Position numbers and translations under genes: made by a program. Positions 41,855 to 57,948 of a stretch of DNA of 64,000 nt are shown one piece after another (position 1 is the first letter of the stretch; each line of letters opens with the position of its first letter). The stretch lies in the NCBI RefSeq assembly GCF_056712565.1, contig NZ_CM160072.1. One strand, written 5' to 3'. Under the pieces are notes generated by a model, which did no database searches, was not told the origin of the DNA, and saw nothing but the letters and a program-made list of their open reading frames with translations.

Positions 41855-43741
41855 ATGTCTTTTAGCGAATTTTATCAGCGTTCGATTAACGAACCGGAGC
41901 AGTTCTGGGCCGAGCAGGCCCGGCGTATTGACTGGCAGACGCCCTTTACGCAAACGCTCGACCACAGCAACCCGCCGTTTGCCCGTTGGTTTTGTGAAGG
42001 CCGAACCAACTTGTGTCACAACGCTATCGATCGCTGGCTGGAGAAACAGCCAGAGGCGCTGGCATTGATTGCCGTCTCTTCGGAAACAGAGGAAGAGCGT
42101 ACCTTTACCTTTCGTCAGCTGCATGACGAAGTGAACGCGGTGGCCTCAATGTTGCGTTCATTGGGGGTGCAGCGTGGCGATCGGGTGCTGGTGTATATGC
42201 CGATGATTGCCGAAGCGCATATTACTCTGCTGGCCTGCGCGCGTATTGGCGCTATTCACTCGGTGGTGTTTGGTGGATTTGCCTCGCACAGCGTGGCGGC
42301 GCGAATTGATGATGCTAAACCGGTGCTGATTGTCTCGGCTGATGCCGGAGCGCGCGGTGGCAAAATCATTCCCTATAAAAAATTACTCGACGATGCGATA
42401 AGTCAGGCGCAGCATCAGCCGCGCCACGTTTTACTGGTGGATCGCGGACTGGCGAAAATGGCGCGCGTCAGCGGGCGGGATGTCGATTTCGCGTCGTTGC
42501 GCCATCAACACATCGGTGCGCGGGTGCCGGTGGCGTGGCTGGAATCCAACGAAACCTCCTGCATTCTCTACACCTCCGGCACGACCGGCAAACCTAAAGG
42601 TGTGCAGCGTGATGTCGGCGGATATGCGGTGGCGCTGGCGACCTCGATGGACACCATTTTTGGCGGCAAAGCGGGCGGCGTGTTCTTTTGTGCTTCGGAT
42701 ATCGGCTGGGTGGTAGGGCATTCGTATATCGTTTACGCGCCGCTGCTGGCGGGGATGGCGACTATCGTTTACGAAGGATTGCCGACCTGGCCGGACTGCG
42801 GCGTGTGGTGGAAAATTGTCGAGAAATATCAGGTTAGCCGCATGTTCTCAGCGCCGACCGCCATTCGCGTGCTGAAAAAATTCCCTACCGCTGAAATTCG
42901 CAAACACGATCTTTCGTCGCTGGAAGTGCTCTATCTGGCTGGAGAACCGCTGGATGAGCCGACCGCCAGTTGGGTGAGCAATACGCTGGATGTGCCGGTC
43001 ATCGACAACTACTGGCAGACCGAATCCGGCTGGCCGATTATGGCGATTGCTCGCGGTCTGGATGACAGGCCGACGCGTCTGGGAAGCCCCGGCGTGCCGA
43101 TGTATGGCTATAACGTGCAGTTGCTCAATGAAGTCACCGGCGAACCGTGTGGCGTCAATGAGAAAGGGATGCTGGTAGTGGAGGGGCCATTGCCGCCAGG
43201 CTGTATTCAGACCATCTGGGGCGACGACGACCGCTTTGTGAAGACGTACTGGTCGCTGTTTTCCCGTCCGGTGTACGCCACTTTTGACTGGGGCATCCGC
43301 GATGCTGACGGTTATCACTTTATTCTCGGGCGCACTGACGATGTGATTAACGTTGCCGGACATCGGCTGGGTACGCGTGAGATTGAAGAGAGTATCTCCA
43401 GTCATCCGGGCGTTGCCGAAGTGGCGGTGGTTGGGGTGAAAGATGCGCTGAAAGGGCAGGTGGCGGTGGCGTTTGTCATTCCGAAAGAGAGCGACAGTCT
43501 GGAAGACCGTGAGGTGGCGCACTTGCAAGAGAAGGCAATTATGGCGCTGGTAGACAGCCAGATTGGCAACTTTGGCCGCCCGGCGCACGTCTGGTTTGTC
43601 TCGCAATTGCCAAAAACGCGATCCGGAAAAATGCTGCGCCGCACGATCCAGGCGATTTGCGAAGGACGCGATCCTGGGGATCTGACGACCATTGATGATC
43701 CGGCGTCGTTGGATCAGATCCGCCAGGCGATGGAAGAGTAG
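41855..43741 (+). CDS. prpE: Propionyl-CoA synthetase PrpE
   Basis: 628 aa acyl-CoA synthetase with AMP-binding motif YTSGTTGKPKG. Confidence 0.95.
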   Translation: MSFSEFYQRSINEPEQFWAEQARRIDWQTPFTQTLDHSNPPFARWFCEGRTNLCHNAIDRWLEKQPEALALIAVSSETEEERTFTFRQLHDEVNAVASMLRSLGVQRGDRVLVYMPMIAEAHITLLACARIGAIHSVVFGGFASHSVAARIDDAKPVLIVSADAGARGGKIIPYKKLLDDAISQAQHQPRHVLLVDRGLAKMARVSGRDVDFASLRHQHIGARVPVAWLESNETSCILYTSGTTGKPKGVQRDVGGYAVALATSMDTIFGGKAGGVFFCASDIGWVVGHSYIVYAPLLAGMATIVYEGLPTWPDCGVWWKIVEKYQVSRMFSAPTAIRVLKKFPTAEIRKHDLSSLEVLYLAGEPLDEPTASWVSNTLDVPVIDNYWQTESGWPIMAIARGLDDRPTRLGSPGVPMYGYNVQLLNEVTGEPCGVNEKGMLVVEGPLPPGCIQTIWGDDDRFVKTYWSLFSRPVYATFDWGIRDADGYHFILGRTDDVINVAGHRLGTREIEESISSHPGVAEVAVVGVKDALKGQVAVAFVIPKESDSLEDREVAHLQEKAIMALVDSQIGNFGRPAHVWFVSQLPKTRSGKMLRRTIQAICEGRDPGDLTTIDDPASLDQIRQAMEE

Positions 43742-43914
43742 GTCGGATAAGGCGCTCGCGCCGCATCCGACACCGTGCGCAGATGCCTGATGCGACGCTG
43801 ACGCGTCTTATCATGCCTACAGGCCTGAACCGTAGGTCGGATAAGGCGCTCGCGCCGCATCCGACACCATGCGCAGATGCCTGATGCGACGCTGACGCGT
43901 CTTATCATGCCTAC
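43738..43914. repeat. Two tandem ~83-bp REP-containing units (BIME-like) after prpE
   Basis: Near-identical units at 43738-43820 and 43832-43914, each built from inverted REP motifs. Confidence 0.85.
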
Positions 43915-44065
43915 CCACTGTTTTTACACAGATAAGTTTCCCCCGCCTTTTTGCACTCATTCATATAAAAAATATATCCCCCTACGAAAACGATTGCTTT
44001 TTATCTTCAGATGAATAGAATGCGGCGGATTTTTTGGGTTTCAAACAGCAAAAAGGGGGAATTTC

Positions 44066-45325
44066 GTGTCGCAAGATAACAACTTTAGCCAGGGGCCAGT
44101 CCCGCAGTCGGCGCGGAAAGGGGTATTGGCATTGACGTTCGTCATGCTGGGATTAACCTTCTTTTCCGCCAGTATGTGGACCGGCGGCACTCTCGGAACC
44201 GGTCTTAGCTATCATGATTTCTTCCTCGCAGTTCTCATCGGTAATCTTCTCCTCGGTATTTACACTTCATTTCTTGGTTACATTGGCGCAAAAACCGGCC
44301 TGACCACCCATCTTCTTGCTCGCTTCTCGTTTGGTGTTAAAGGCTCATGGTTGCCTTCACTGCTGCTGGGCGGCACCCAGGTTGGCTGGTTTGGCGTTGG
44401 CGTGGCGATGTTTTCTATTCCGGTGGGCAAGGCAACCGGGCTGGATATTAATTTGCTGATTGCCGTCTCCGGTTTACTGATGACCGTCACCGTCTTCTTT
44501 GGCATTTCGGCGCTGACGGTTCTTTCGGTGATTGCGGTTCCGGCTATCGCCTGCCTTGGCGGTTATTCCGTGTGGCTGGCCGTTAACGGCATGGGCGGCC
44601 TGGACGTATTAAAAGCGGTCGTTCCCGCACAACCGTTAGATTTCAATGTCGCGCTGGCGCTGGTTGTGGGGTCATTCATCAGTGCGGGTACGCTCACCGC
44701 TGACTTTGTCCGGTTTGGTCGCAATGCCAAACTGGCGGTGCTGGTGGCGATGGTGGCCTTTTTCCTCGGCAACTCGTTGATGTTTATTTTCGGTGCAGCG
44801 GGCGCTGCGGCACTGGGGATGGCGGATATCTCTGATGTGATGATTGCTCAGGGCCTGCTGCTGCCTGCGATTGTGGTGCTGGGGCTGAATATCTGGACCA
44901 CCAACGATAACGCGCTCTATGCGTCGGGTTTAGGTTTCGCCAACATTACCGGTATGTCGAGCAAAACCCTTTCGGTGATTAACGGTATTATCGGTACGGT
45001 CTGCGCATTATGGCTGTATAACAATTTTGTCGGCTGGTTGACCTTCCTTTCGGCAGCTATTCCTCCAGTGGGCGGCGTGATCATCGCTGATTATCTGATG
45101 AACCGTCGCCGCTATGAGCACTTTGCGACCACGCGTATGATGAGTGTCAATTGGGTGGCGATTCTGGCGGTCGCGCTGGGGATTGCCGCAGGCCACTGGT
45201 TACCGGGAATTGTTCCGGTCAACGCGGTATTAGGTGGCGCGCTGAGCTATCTGATCCTTAACCCGATTTTGAATCGTAAAACGACAGCAGCAATGACGCA
45301 TGTGGAGGCTAACAGTGTCGAATAA
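44066..45325 (+). CDS. codB: Cytosine permease CodB
   Basis: 419 aa; GTG start after a G-rich Shine-Dalgarno; NCS1-family membrane protein. Confidence 0.95.
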   Translation: MSQDNNFSQGPVPQSARKGVLALTFVMLGLTFFSASMWTGGTLGTGLSYHDFFLAVLIGNLLLGIYTSFLGYIGAKTGLTTHLLARFSFGVKGSWLPSLLLGGTQVGWFGVGVAMFSIPVGKATGLDINLLIAVSGLLMTVTVFFGISALTVLSVIAVPAIACLGGYSVWLAVNGMGGLDVLKAVVPAQPLDFNVALALVVGSFISAGTLTADFVRFGRNAKLAVLVAMVAFFLGNSLMFIFGAAGAAALGMADISDVMIAQGLLLPAIVVLGLNIWTTNDNALYASGLGFANITGMSSKTLSVINGIIGTVCALWLYNNFVGWLTFLSAAIPPVGGVIIADYLMNRRRYEHFATTRMMSVNWVAILAVALGIAAGHWLPGIVPVNAVLGGALSYLILNPILNRKTTAAMTHVEANSVE

Positions 45326-46598
45326 TGCTTTACAAACAATTATTAACGCCCAGTTACCCGGCAAAGAGGGGCTGTGGCAGATTCATCTTCACGACGGAAA
45401 AATCAGCGCCATTGATGCGCAATCCGGGGTGATGCCCGTAACTGAAAACAGCCTGGATGCCGAACAAGGTTTAGTTTTACCGCCGTTTGTGGAGCCGCAT
45501 ATTCACCTGGACACCACGCAAACCGCCGGACAACCGAACTGGAATCAGTCCGGCACGCTGTTTGAAGGCATTGAACGCTGGGCCGAGCGCAAAGCGTTAT
45601 TAACTCATGACGATGTGAAACAACGCGCATGGCAAACGCTGAAATGGCAGATTGCCAACGGCATTCAGCATGTGCGTACCCATGTCGATGTCTCCGACGC
45701 AACGCTGACTGCGTTGAAAGCGATGCTGGAAGTGAAACAGGAAGTTGCGCCGTGGATTGATCTGCAAATCGTCGCCTTCCCGCAGGAAGGGATTTTGTCG
45801 TATCCCAACGGTGAAGCGTTGCTGGAAGAGGCGCTACGCTTAGGGGCAGATGTTGTTGGGGCGATTCCGCATTTTGAATTTACCCGTGAATACGGCGTGG
45901 AGTCGCTGCATAAAACCTTCGCCCTGGCGCAAAAATACGACCGTCTCATCGACGTTCACTGTGATGAGATCGATGACGAGCAGTCGCGCTTTGTCGAAAC
46001 CGTTGCTGCCCTGGCGCACCGTGAAGGCATGGGCGCGCGAGTCACCGCTAGCCATACTACGGCAATGCACTCCTATAACGGGGCGTATACTTCGCGCCTG
46101 TTCCGTTTGCTGAAAATGTCCGGTATTAACTTTGTCGCCAACCCGTTGGTCAATATTCATCTGCAAGGACGTTTCGATACGTATCCAAAACGTCGCGGCA
46201 TCACGCGCGTTAAAGAGATGCTGGAGTCCGGCATTAACGTCTGCTTTGGTCACGATGATGTCTTCGATCCGTGGTATCCGCTGGGAACGGCGAATATGCT
46301 GCAAGTGCTGCATATGGGGCTGCATGTTTGCCAGCTGATGGGCTACGGGCAGATTAACGACGGCCTGAATTTAATCACCCACCACAGCGCCAGGACGTTG
46401 AATTTGCAGGATTACGGCATTGCCGCCGGAAACAGCGCCAACCTGATTATCCTGCCGGCTGAAAATGGGTTTGATGCGCTGCGCCGTCAGGTTCCGGTAC
46501 GTTATTCGGTACGTGGCGGCAAGGTGATTGCCAGCACACAACCGGCACAAACCACCGTATATCTGGAGCAGCCAGAAGCCATCGATTACAAACGGTAA
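45315..46598 (+). CDS. codA: Cytosine deaminase CodA
   Basis: 427 aa from a GTG start (MSNNALQ) overlapping the codB 3' end; amidohydrolase HxH motif. Confidence 0.95.
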   Translation: MSNNALQTIINAQLPGKEGLWQIHLHDGKISAIDAQSGVMPVTENSLDAEQGLVLPPFVEPHIHLDTTQTAGQPNWNQSGTLFEGIERWAERKALLTHDDVKQRAWQTLKWQIANGIQHVRTHVDVSDATLTALKAMLEVKQEVAPWIDLQIVAFPQEGILSYPNGEALLEEALRLGADVVGAIPHFEFTREYGVESLHKTFALAQKYDRLIDVHCDEIDDEQSRFVETVAALAHREGMGARVTASHTTAMHSYNGAYTSRLFRLLKMSGINFVANPLVNIHLQGRFDTYPKRRGITRVKEMLESGINVCFGHDDVFDPWYPLGTANMLQVLHMGLHVCQLMGYGQINDGLNLITHHSARTLNLQDYGIAAGNSANLIILPAENGFDALRRQVPVRYSVRGGKVIASTQPAQTTVYLEQPEAIDYKR

Positions 46599-46627
46599 TC
46601 GGCTGGGTTACCGCGAGCGTAGTTTAT

Positions 46628-46705
46628 GCCGGATGCGGCGTGAACACCTTATCCGGCCTACGTAGATCTCTGAAATTGTAGGCCTGATAAGCGGAGCGCA
46701 TCAGG
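46628..46705. repeat. REP elements in the codA-lacA gap
   Basis: gccggatgcggcgtgaacaccttatccggcctac and inverted tgtaggcctgataagcggagcgcatcaggc. Confidence 0.8.
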
Positions 46706-46718
46706 CAATTTTGCTTAT

Positions 46719-47330
46719 TTAAACTGAAGACTCAACTTTAAAATCTTTGAAATAATATTGCTTATCCCGGTCGTTTATTTCGCGAATAACCCGACAAGGA
46801 ACGCCAGCAGCCACGACGTTTGGTGGAATGTCTTTTGTGACGACACTACCCGCGCCAATAACAGAATTATCCCCGATGGTGACGCCTGGATTAATAACCA
46901 CATGACTTCCGATCCAGACGTTATTGCCAATCGTTATCGGAAAAGAGTACATCTCTCCGTTTTTTCTCAATTCATGGTGTACCGGGTGTCCCGTAACGGA
47001 AAGAGTAACGTTGGGTGCAATCAGTACGTTATCACCGATCGTTACCGTGTAGTCGTCGACAATGGTTAAATTGAAATTTGCATAAAAATTGCGGCCTATA
47101 TAGATGTTGGAACCGTAAGAGAAATAGACGGGGGGTTCTACCCAGGCGTTTTCCCCTACCGTGGCAAACATTTCTTTAATCAGACTTTCTCTTTTATCAA
47201 CTTCTGATGGATGCGAGTGATTAAACTCATACATTAACGTTTTTCCACGAAGTCTTTTTTCAGGTAAGCCTTCGCACATATCGGTAAATAGCTTGCCTGC
47301 TTTTATTCTTTCTGTCATCGACATGTTCAT
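46719..47330 (-). CDS. lacA: Galactoside O-acetyltransferase LacA
   Basis: 203 aa from MNMSMTERIKAGK; hexapeptide-repeat acetyltransferase. Confidence 0.95.
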   Translation of the reverse strand: MNMSMTERIKAGKLFTDMCEGLPEKRLRGKTLMYEFNHSHPSEVDKRESLIKEMFATVGENAWVEPPVYFSYGSNIYIGRNFYANFNLTIVDDYTVTIGDNVLIAPNVTLSVTGHPVHHELRKNGEMYSFPITIGNNVWIGSHVVINPGVTIGDNSVIGAGSVVTKDIPPNVVAAGVPCRVIREINDRDKQYYFKDFKVESSV

Positions 47331-47339
47331 TGCGATCAT

Positions 47340-47395
47340 TCCGCCCTGATATGTTGGTCGGATAAGGCGCTCGCGCCGCATCCGACATTGATTGC
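47340..47395. repeat. REP element between lacA and lacY
   Basis: ggtcggataaggcgctcgcgccgcatccgac motif; its translation explains the spurious MRRERLIRPT N-terminal extension of the lacA ORF. Confidence 0.75.
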
Positions 47396-48694
<1,299 letters not shown>

Positions 48695-48700
48695 TTATTA

Positions 48701-51813
<3,113 letters not shown>

Positions 51814-51819
51814 TCACAC

Positions 51820-51849
51820 AACATACGAGCCGGACACATAGAGTGTAAA
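51820..51849 (-). promoter_or_regulatory. lac promoter (-35 TTTACA, 18-bp spacer, -10 TATGTT)
   Basis: Reverse complement reads tttacactctatgtgtccggctcgtatgtt immediately upstream of O1. Confidence 0.85.
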
Positions 51850-51862
51850 GACTGGGGTGCCT

Positions 51863-51884
51863 AATGAGTGAGCTGACTCACATT
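51863..51884 (-). promoter_or_regulatory. CRP (CAP) binding site of the lac promoter
   Basis: aatgtgagtcagctcactcatt palindrome (TGTGA ... TCACT). Confidence 0.8.
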
Positions 51885-51905
51885 AATTGTGTTGCGCTCA
51901 CTGCC
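51885..51905 (-). promoter_or_regulatory. lac auxiliary operator O3
   Basis: ggcagtgagcgcaacacaatt overlapping the lacI 3' end. Confidence 0.7.
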
Positions 51906-52980
51906 CGCTTTCCAGTCGGGAAACTTGTCGTGCCAGCTGCATTAATGAATCGGCCAACGCGCGGGGAGAGGCGGTTTGCGTATTGGGCGGAAGGGTGGTT
52001 TTTCTTTTCACCAGTGAGACGGGCAACAGCTGATTGCCCTTCACCGCCTGGCCCTGAGAGAGTTGCAGCAAGCGGTCCACGCTGGTTTGCCCCAGCAGGC
52101 GAAAATCCTGTTTGATGGTGGTTAACGGCGGGATATAACACGAGCTGTCTTCGGTATCGTCGTATCCCACTACCGAGATATCCGCACCAACGCGCAGCCC
52201 GGACTCGGTAATGGCGCGCATTGCGCCCAGCGCCATCTGATCGTTGGCAACCAGCATCGCAGTGGGAACGATGCCCTCATTTAGCATTTGCATGGTTTGT
52301 TGAAAACCGGACATGGCACTCCAGTCGCCTTCCCGTTCCGCTATCGGCTGAATTTGATTGCGTGTGAGATATTTATGCCAGCCTGCCAGACGCAGACGCG
52401 CCGAGACAGAACTTAATGGGCCTGCTAACAGCGCGATTTGCTGGTGACCCAATGCGACCAGGTGCTCCACGCCCAGTCGCGTACCGTCTTCATGGGAGAA
52501 AATAATACTGTTGATGGGAGTCTGGTCAGAGACATCAAGAAATAACGCCGGAACATTAGCGCAGGCAGCTTCCACAGCAATGGCATCCTGGTCATCCAGC
52601 GGATAGTTAATGATCAGCCCACTGACGCGTTGCGCGAGAAGATTGTGCACCGCCGCTTTACAGGCTTCGACGCCGCTTCGTTCTACCATCGACACCACCA
52701 CGCTGGCACCCAGTTGATCGGCGCGAGATTTTATCGCCGCAACAATTTGCGACGGCGCGTGCAGGGCCAGACTGGAGGTGGCAACGCCAATCAGCAACGA
52801 CTGTTTGCCCGCCAGTTGTTGTGCCACGCGGTTGGGAATGTAATTCAGCTCCGCCATCGCCGCTTCCACTTTTTCCCGCGTTTTCGCAGAAACGTGGCAG
52901 GCCTGGTTCACCACGCGGGAAACGGTCTGATAAGAGACACCGGCATACTCTGCGACATCGTATAGCGTTACTGGTTTCAC
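51898..52980 (-). CDS. lacI: Lactose repressor LacI
   Basis: 360 aa from the classic GTG start (GTGAAACCAGTAACG, MKPVTLYDVAEYAGVSYQTVSRVV). Confidence 0.97.
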   Translation of the reverse strand: MKPVTLYDVAEYAGVSYQTVSRVVNQACHVSAKTREKVEAAMAELNYIPNRVAQQLAGKQSLLIGVATSSLALHAPSQIVAAIKSRADQLGASVVVSMVERSGVEACKAAVHNLLAQRVSGLIINYPLDDQDAIAVEAACANVPALFLDVSDQTPINSIIFSHEDGTRLGVEHLVALGHQQIALLAGPLSSVSARLRLAGWHKYLTRNQIQPIAEREGDWSAMSGFQQTMQMLNEGIVPTAMLVANDQMALGAMRAITESGLRVGADISVVGYDDTEDSSCYIPPLTTIKQDFRLLGQTSVDRLLQLSQGQAVKGNQLLPVSLVKRKTTLPPNTQTASPRALADSLMQLARQVSRLESGQ

Positions 52981-53181
52981 ATTCACCACCCTGAATTGAC
53001 TCTCTTCCGGGCGCTATCATGCCATACCGCGAAAGGTTTTGCGCCATTCGGCGAGGCTGACGCCGAAGTGAGATTTAAAATGCTGACGCCAGGTCACAGG
53101 TGAGAGAAAACCCACGCCAATACACCTACGGCGTTTACAGGTATACTCGCTAAAAATTATTCAGCGGGTTTGGAAACAAAG

Positions 53182-53721
53182 ATGGCAAAACTTACCTTAC
53201 AAGAGCAGTTGCTCAAAGCGGGACTAGTCACCAGCAAAAAAGCGGCGAAGGTGGAGAGAACGGCGAAAAAATCGCGCGTTCAGGCGCGTGAAGCTCGGGC
53301 TGCGGTAGAAGAAAATAAAAAGGCACAGCTTGAGCGTGATAAACAGCTTAGCGAACAGCAAAAACAAGCGGCGTTGGCGAAAGAATATAAAGCCCAGGTG
53401 AAGCAGCTCATTGAAATGAACCGAATCACCATTGCCAATGGCGATATTGGTTTTAACTTCACTGACGGCAATCTGATTAAGAAGATTTTTGTCGATAAGC
53501 TCACACAGGCGCAGTTGATTAATGGTCGTCTGGCGATTGCTCGCTTGTTGGTCGATAACAATAGCGAAGGTGAATACGCCATTATTCCCGCCAGCGTTGC
53601 CGATAAAATTGCTCAGCGTGATGCCAGCAGTATTGTGTTGCACAGCGCGCTCAGCGCCGAAGAGCAGGATGAAGACGATCCGTATGCCGACTTCAAAGTG
53701 CCTGATGATTTGATGTGGTAA
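53182..53721 (+). CDS. yaiL: DUF2058-family protein YaiL
   Basis: 179 aa from MAKLTLQEQLLKAG; lysine- and alanine-rich N-terminal half. Confidence 0.85.
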   Translation: MAKLTLQEQLLKAGLVTSKKAAKVERTAKKSRVQAREARAAVEENKKAQLERDKQLSEQQKQAALAKEYKAQVKQLIEMNRITIANGDIGFNFTDGNLIKKIFVDKLTQAQLINGRLAIARLLVDNNSEGEYAIIPASVADKIAQRDASSIVLHSALSAEEQDEDDPYADFKVPDDLMW

Positions 53722-53946
<225 letters not shown>

Positions 53947-54780
53947 TCAACGCATATTCAGTTTATTGGCGTGGTACGCAATATGCTCGCCAATAAAACT
54001 GGAGACAAAATAATAGCTGTGATCATAACCCTCGTGATAACGGATTAACGTCTTGATATTCATCTCCTGGCAGATCTTTTCAAGATTTGGAGTCCGCAGC
54101 TGTTCTGCGTAAAAATCATCACTCAATCCCTGATCAACCATGATTTCCGCAACGCGTTGACCTTGTGAAATAAGACTCACCGGGTCGTAATCCAACCAGG
54201 CATCTTTATTTTCACCAAGATATGCGGCAAAGGCTTGCTGTCCCCACGGTACTTGCGATGGGGAGACAATGGGCGAAAACGCCGAGACGCTGACATATTC
54301 ATCTGGGTTACGTAACGCCAGCACCAGCGCGCCCAGCCCGCCCATAGAATGACCTGAGATAGACTTTCTGGCCGTTGCTGGAAAATGATGCATCACTAAA
54401 TTCGGCAGCTCGTTGCGGATATAGTCATACATTTTGTAATGTTCATTCCACGGCGCTTGCGTCGCGTTCAGGTAAAACCCGGCACCTTGCCCGAGATCGT
54501 AACGGTCAGCATCTGCGACATGACTGCCTCGCGGACTGGTGTCCGGCGCAACAACAATAATGTTGTGCTCAGCCGCGTAACGCTGCATCCCCGATTTAGT
54601 AATGAAATTCTGCTCGTTGCAGGTCAGGCCTGAAAGCCAGTACAACACCGGCAATTTTTCATTCTCGGCTTTTGGTGGGAGATAGACGCCGACATTCATT
54701 TCACATTTCAGTGATTGGGAATAATGCCGATACACATTTTGCCAGCCGCCAAAGCTGGCATGTTTTTCAATGAGTTCCAT
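53947..54780 (-). CDS. frmB: S-formylglutathione hydrolase FrmB
   Basis: 277 aa esterase with GHSMGG serine motif. Confidence 0.95.
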   Translation of the reverse strand: MELIEKHASFGGWQNVYRHYSQSLKCEMNVGVYLPPKAENEKLPVLYWLSGLTCNEQNFITKSGMQRYAAEHNIIVVAPDTSPRGSHVADADRYDLGQGAGFYLNATQAPWNEHYKMYDYIRNELPNLVMHHFPATARKSISGHSMGGLGALVLALRNPDEYVSVSAFSPIVSPSQVPWGQQAFAAYLGENKDAWLDYDPVSLISQGQRVAEIMVDQGLSDDFYAEQLRTPNLEKICQEMNIKTLIRYHEGYDHSYYFVSSFIGEHIAYHANKLNMR

Positions 54781-54872
54781 CAGTCATTATCTCACGGTTA
54801 ATCCCCCGGACGGCTGCCCGGGGAGAGTATTAAGAACCCCATCTGAACTGGACGGGGTAAACCAGCGGGAAA

Positions 54873-56012
<1,140 letters not shown>

Positions 56013-56016
56013 TCAG

Positions 56017-56292
56017 CTATTTAAGATAGGCACGAACCAGTTCAATAGTGTCGTCAACGGATTGGCTGACTTCGCGGCTGTAGCAGTCATTTCGGTCAAA
56101 CGTTTCCCGGATATGGCTTTCAAGCACTTCTGCCATCAGTCCGTTAGCCGCGCCCCGAACGGCAGCGATCTGTTGGAGTATGGCACGGCATTCGGCATCA
56201 CCCTCCAGCGACCGTTCCAGAGCATCAATCTGCCCCCGAATACGACGAACTCGAGTAAGGACCTTTTTCTTCTCTTCCGGAGTACTGGGCAT
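56017..56292 (-). CDS. frmR: Formaldehyde-responsive repressor FrmR (CsoR/RcnR family)
   Basis: 91 aa from [29 protein letters not shown]. Confidence 0.95.
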
Positions 56293-56316
56293 TTCGCACC
56301 TCATCATCTGCACGCA

Positions 56317-56369
56317 ATATACTATAGGGGGGTATGCTATATGTCAATGCATACCCCCCTATAGTATAT
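56317..56369. promoter_or_regulatory. frmRAB operator: perfect 21-bp inverted repeats carrying G6/C6 tracts
   Basis: atatactataggggggtatgc (56317-56337) and its exact reverse complement (56349-56369), 25 bp upstream of the frmR start. Confidence 0.8.
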
Positions 56370-56480
56370 AACACTGGAGAATAAAATTTATCCGGTGAAT
56401 GTAGTCGGAAAACAAAGAGGAAAGGGGATAGGGGCTAATCGGCAGGGAAGGCCGCCCCGGATAGCGGGCGGCAGAAGGAA

Positions 56481-57254
56481 TCAGAATTTCCAGGTCAGAT
56501 GGGCTGCAAGTTGCAGACCGTTATAATCATCGGTTGGGGTGTCGTACCACACTTTACCTGCCGTCAACCCGAGATTAAGTTGCTCAGTCAGCGGTTGAAT
56601 ACGTTGCAAACTGATGCTCTTCATGCTGCCGTAGCGTGTTTCTGGCGTCCAGTCGTAGGTGTAAGCACCTGTTCCGCGGCTTAGCCATAGTTGCGTGTAA
56701 CCAGTGCCGCGCGGGTCATTCAGACGCACGGAAATCATATTGCTGTAACTACCACCTGCATCGCTGGAGTCATAATGGGTATAGCGATAGCTGGTGATCA
56801 CCGGGCCAGTATAGAGTGATATGCCACCTTGCCAGGCATCGACTTCGACATCATCGTAATATTTAGTGTAGCGATAACCGGTCGTGAAAAGCGTTTTTGG
56901 CAACAGGGCCAGGTTAATATCCTGACGAAAATCCTGGCGGGCAAAGACCGGCGTATTATCCGCAAAGGCAATACCCGTTCGGGTTGTCAGCCAGTTATTC
57001 CATTTGTACCAGACTGCACCCTGGCCGCGAGTGGCATTGAAATGTTCAGTTTCATAATCACGACGCCCCTGGGAAAGATTAAAAAGCAGCGTTGCGTTTT
57101 CAACTTTCGCCACCAGTTCAGCATACGCTAAATTACGGTTGCCATGATCGCCAGAATAATCGGTAAAATCGTAGCCCGCGGTAATGGAAGTTAACCCGGC
57201 ATAAACGGGTAATGCGCTAAAAATTGCCGCCGCTAATAACGTCCGTTTTATCAT
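56481..57254 (-). CDS. yaiO: Outer-membrane beta-barrel protein YaiO
   Basis: 257 aa with signal peptide; ends with aromatic residue (WKF). Confidence 0.9.
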   Translation of the reverse strand: MIKRTLLAAAIFSALPVYAGLTSITAGYDFTDYSGDHGNRNLAYAELVAKVENATLLFNLSQGRRDYETEHFNATRGQGAVWYKWNNWLTTRTGIAFADNTPVFARQDFRQDINLALLPKTLFTTGYRYTKYYDDVEVDAWQGGISLYTGPVITSYRYTHYDSSDAGGSYSNMISVRLNDPRGTGYTQLWLSRGTGAYTYDWTPETRYGSMKSISLQRIQPLTEQLNLGLTAGKVWYDTPTDDYNGLQLAAHLTWKF

Positions 57255-57255
57255 T

Positions 57256-57948
57256 TTAATCTCCTGTACGGATAAGTTCTTGTCGGAGTGAATAAGTTCC
57301 GGTAGGTAAATTACGTTCTACAATCACGCGCGGGCCAAGTTGCGTGTTCGGGGAAATAATTCGCCCAGGCAAAATAATAACTTGTACGCCAAGGCGTGAA
57401 CGCTGCCCGATATAACAACCTAATTTATCGCATCCGGTAGCGATAATTCCATCTGGAGTTCGAACAGACACGGGCTGTTCATCCAGACGATGATTACTGG
57501 TTCGTACTTGTGCGCCCAAATATGCCTGGTTTGCAACTACCGAGTCGGCAATAAAGCATTGCGGACCAATCGTGGCTTCCGCTTCAATAACCGCATTTTT
57601 AATTTCGGTGGCAAAACCAATTCTTACGCCATTGCTGATTATTGTGCCAGGACGAATAAACGCATAATTACCTATTAGGCAGTTTGCGCCAATCACTACC
57701 GGACCCTGAATAACGGCACCGTGGCAAATACGGGTATTCGCGCCGATAACAACCTCACCGGCACTTTCATCAATAATCACCTGGTCTGCAATCTGAATAT
57801 TTTTCTCTTTAACATTAAGCTTCAGATAGTTTTTCAGTTCCTGTGACAGAAGGGTGGGAATAAGCGGTTGACACTTCCACCAGTGCGGAATAGCGGGTGG
57901 GTTTGTCGCGCTGAGGTTCGCGTCCAGTAAAAAAGGCAATAAGTCCAT
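57256..57948 (-). CDS. yaiX: Hexapeptide-repeat acyl/acetyltransferase YaiX, apparently intact; start uncertain
   Basis: Left-handed beta-helix repeats; any ATG start (57948 or 57966) overlaps the yaiP 3' end by more than 130 bp. Confidence 0.65.
   Translation of the reverse strand: MDLLPFLLDANLSATNPPAIPHWWKCQPLIPTLLSQELKNYLKLNVKEKNIQIADQVIIDESAGEVVIGANTRICHGAVIQGPVVIGANCLIGNYAFIRPGTIISNGVRIGFATEIKNAVIEAEATIGPQCFIADSVVANQAYLGAQVRTSNHRLDEQPVSVRTPDGIIATGCDKLGCYIGQRSRLGVQVIILPGRIISPNTQLGPRVIVERNLPTGTYSLRQELIRTGD

Noticed and set aside
43539-43908. ORFs 43539-43814 and 43714-43908 (MIRRVSVASGICA...), and the MRRERLIRPT extension of lacA
   Set aside because: These are translations of REP palindromes, not genes.
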